DNA from: Octopus sinensis
Lineage: Eukaryota
Assembly: GCF_006345805.1 (NCBI RefSeq)
Contig: NC_043008.1
Location: forward strand, 23,436,001 to 23,500,000
Direction: 5' to 3'
DNA length: 64,000 bases
Made by a program: the position numbers and the translations under genes. The notes beneath the pieces were generated by a model. The model was given only the letters and a program-made list of their open reading frames with translations. It was not told the DNA's origin and searched no databases. Positions 60,206-64,000 of the stretch are shown piece after piece. How positions within the stretch are numbered: the stretch's first letter is position 1; every line of letters starts with the position of its first letter.

Positions 60206-61491
60206 TATTTCATTAAGATTTGCCATAAAGGCATTACAAAGAGTAGCTTGCGGACTGGACACATACATTGATGAGGTGAATGATGAAACAAGGATGGTAT
60301 TGATGGGAGAAGATAAAAAACGCCCACCGATTTTCTGCTTCTCTAAAACATTATTCTTTTTTTTTCCAACAGAAAAAACAAAACGAAGTATTGAACCTCT
60401 CACAACAGTTTTTACAATTATTGGACTTAATAGTCCATTACAAATAATAACAGGCAACAACATACAGTAAAATATTCAATATACAATCAACACTAGTCCA
60501 TTTACAAATGAGGCGCTGAGCCTCTTACACATTATAACACCGAGGCTTTTCAATCTCTTGTCAATTTTCCACCTTATCATCGCTTGTGTCTGTGTACTCC
60601 ATCTCCCATGCTTGCTTTAAAATCAAGGCGGACTCCGAGTTGGCATCACCCGACCACGAGCGATATTCCTCGTTTAGTCCCTTCAGCCTTTGTAACACGC
60701 GCAACGTTATGACCTCCTCAGCTATCTGCTGAGGCCATTCGGGATCCCGGTAAGCAAGCTACTTACCACATAGCTACTTCCGCGCCTAGAGTTTGAAAAT
60801 TCAATCTGTTTTTGCTTTGATACTTTTTGGTGTATTTTCAGTTACTGCTTATATAAGTTGTTTTATTGATTTTTGGTAATCGCTGTGAGTTTTACTATCT
60901 TTGTGAACTCCTTAAATGGTTTTCGTTCTCTCCATATTTTACATTAACAACCAGGGTGCTCCGTTGCAAGGTAACCACACTATTTAAATTTCATGTTCAT
61001 TAAAATATCTTCTTTTGAATACACTTACTAGTATTTGGAGGAGAGAGCGGACCAGAAAAATTGTAACGTGCAGACTGTTAAGCTACCGAAGTTTCAACCA
61101 GTGTTTCCGTATGAAACAATTACGAATTCAGCAATATGATACAAACAGCCCTGCAAAAATATTGGCCAAATTACATATTAACATCTTAAATTAATCATGA
61201 AATACTTTCGTTTCTTATTTTGCTTAAGTTACATTGCCCAACATTCCTGAAATCATTTCGACTGGATACGTAGGTTTTTAGAAGGAACGTCCTGCTATAT
61301 AGGGCGGTGCGGGTTGGGGTTGGCTTTCAACCGCCAGCTTTAAGTAATCAAATATCTTATTTATGAATATAGTTTAAGGTCGAGCAATTTTACCTTTTTG
61401 ACATAGTGATATTCTATATTATTCATTAGAAAACTATGCTTTTCATATAAATTCATACTTGCAAACATACATGCATGCATACATACATACA

Positions 61492-61522
<31 letters not shown>

Positions 61523-61530
61523 GTATATTT

Positions 61531-61620
<90 letters not shown>

Positions 61621-62699
61621 TACATATATGTACATATATACACACGCAAACACACACGCGCGTACTAAGATACATGCACAGTGGTGTAGATTCCGCCTTC
61701 CTTCAAATCCAAAATAGTATTTAATCTGTTTTAATGTCAGAACAATTATAATACATAAACAGGTAAATTTTTATTGAAGAATGTTTGACGGTGGACAGCT
61801 GATATAAACAAGGGCTATTTATTGCAGAGAGCATCCCCCTTTTCCATTAAAACTTCATAGGTCGTTCTCTCTTGGGGTTTCGGACTTCGGAACGATGTAC
61901 CGGCTGAATCAACAATCAATTTGTATTATTTAATAGTTTTCATATAAATTCATACTTGCAAACCTGCTTGCATGCATACATACATACATACATACATACA
62001 TACATACATACATACATACATACATACATACATACATACATACATGTTTTTGTAGGCCCTGCATATATACATACAAACATAAATACACGCACACACATTA
62101 TTGGATAGACACAATTATATTTTTTATCTGCTACTATTAGTTTCATGTGTTGAGAACATACCAAACAGTGTTTTATAACATGTCTGGTGTCCCAGAGCAA
62201 TCATCAGACACTGCCTACATGACATAACGAGCTAAAAATGGGACGAGAGAAAAAGCGAGAAAATTCGAGAAGGAAGTATATATAAAATGTGATTAAAAGT
62301 TTGAAAGATTGAAAAACCGGAAAACCAGAAAGAAATCAGAAAGAAGCAAAAGGGAAATGAGAGTTATTTCCTTTAGACCGTTAATTATATGGCTGTAAAA
62401 GATAGTGGGTTAGAACCTATGGTACAGTTAATCACTCTGGTGAGGGAGGTACTTCCCAATTCTTCAAAAGGAGCTAAGGCATCAGCGCATGAAATAAATA
62501 GTAGCATATAAAAACATATTTTGTGTATTAAATAATATTTATCTCTTAACAGATGGAGTATTTTTTTGCTGACCTTACCATCACGGTACAGTATACTATG
62601 TATGTCCACACATGACTTTCTACTGCAAATTAATAACATTCATATGTTTGAGTGACTTTAAAAATTTTAGCAATTTACACGCTATTATCGATTTATACC

Positions 62700-62934
62700 T
62701 ATTTCTTAATTACCCACAAGGGGCTAAACACAGAGAGGACAAACAAGGACAGACATAGGTATTAAGTCGATTACATCGACCCCAGTGCGTAACTGGTACT
62801 TAATTTATCGACCCCGAAAGGATGAAAGGCAAAGTCGACCTCGGCGGAATTTGAACTCACAACGTAACGGCAGACGAAATACCGCTAAGCATTTCGCCCG
62901 GCGTGCTAACGTTTCTGCCAGCTCGCCGCCTTGA
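62700..62934 (-). mobile_element. tRNA-derived SINE family C (Meta-like central domain) with a 16-bp TSD
   Basis: Head GGCGGCGAGCTGGCAGAA..GAGTTCAAATTCC and central GTCGACTTTGCCTTTCATCCTTTCGGGGTCGATAAA. Direct repeat ATTATCGATTTATACC at 62684-62699 and 62935-62950. Confidence 0.9.
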
Positions 62935-62989
62935 ATTATCGATTTATACCACATGGATTACTCCACTAAGAACATACACCACTGAATTG

Positions 62990-64000
62990 CCTATGTTTCA
63001 GGATACTCCTCGAGAAAGTTGAAGAGCTCGTGAATCGGATGAGATGGAAAGCCTTATTTTTTATACTACACTATCTTTAACGTATGCGGAATTTAAAGAC
63101 ACGTAAATACCCTCCTACTGTTAAAAATTGATTCCCTTTTGAGACAGACCTCCTCGATTTAATTAGCAATGTTAGATTCTGTAAGTACCATAACACCTTT
63201 CAAACTAAAATGAAATCTGATATTAAAAATTAGAAGTTCTAAAAAGAAGTTCGTATTTTCTGATAAGGCCAAGAACCTGTATGAAGTTACTAATGATCTA
63301 TTCCACTGAATATAAGAGAGCTAACACAGAATGATACAACGATATTAATGATGAGGCTAAATTTCTCGCTAAACGTAGTAAAATCGACATTAGATTAGAA
63401 TGCTTAGCTAAAAGGAAGCCTTTATTATTTTACAAGATCATAAATCTAATTTTCATAATAAACCCACTTTAGGTTGTTAAACCCAGCGAGGTCTGAAATT
63501 GCACTACAAGCTAACAAAATGCTAAGAAACATTAATAATAAAATTAGAGAGACCACTAGACTTTAACAGTAGAATAATAGTTTTGCTGCAATAGATTGGT
63601 TCAAGAACATTAAAAATAAGAAGACTAGATTCACTAAGTATGACATTATAGATTTTATACCTCCATATCGCTGCTTGATAAAGCCATCAAGCTTGCTAAA
63701 TCAGGCATGTGCAAAAACACTACTGTTTAGTTAGGGCTCAGCATGGGTAAAAAAGTCGGTTAATAATGAATTATTCGATATATCTATGGTGTCATAAAAT
63801 AGTACTGACATCTGCGATATAGTGAGTCTCTTTGTAATCGAGCACACTGAGATCTAAGTACCCATCTCAAGACGGCCTATACTGAGACAACAGTTTGGGT
63901 ATTTCTCATGGTTGTGATGGTCACACCTTCCAGTCAATTAGGCCTTAAAATCACAGTCGCTACTAATCCATCTATAGCTGATTTTTCAGATGTCTAGACC
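62990..64000 (+). mobile_element. Degenerate Penelope-type PLE RT
   Basis: AIDWFKNIKNK, FTKYDIIDF and a following MG-like motif; homologous to 30900-31340. Confidence 0.75.

Overview
AT-rich, transposon-dense animal (metazoan) genomic DNA. The SINE types, as I recall them, suggest an octopus or other coleoid cephalopod; this is inference. There is no prokaryotic gene, CRISPR array or rRNA. The only host gene I can support is the 3' end of an IQCH-like gene on the + strand: three small exons at 7206-7267, 22273-22381 and 29363-29443. They splice in frame through canonical GT-AG sites and are missed by the ORF track. Most other long ORFs are transposon-derived or microsatellite artefacts. The transposon content is as follows. 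(1) Two near full-length and two partial R4/Dong-like RLE retrotransposons; both long copies sit between (TAA)n arrays. (2) One CR1-group LINE with an uninterrupted 1002-aa APE-RT ORF inside the last IQCH intron. (3) Several RTE LINE copies; the best-preserved family has C2H2 fingers at the ORF2 C-terminus. (4) An L1/Tx1 RT fragment. (5) Many Penelope-like (PLE) relics of two types. (6) Mag-like Ty3/gypsy fragments. (7) Two mariners and a non-autonomous Helitron. (8) tRNA-derived SINEs of two families. The most interesting unexplained structures are a conserved helical module upstream of the PLE RT, seen in two diverged copies; a 118-bp palindrome carrying hammerhead-like core motifs; and a near-identical 420-bp segment present twice 3349 bp apart, once inside a retrotransposon ORF.
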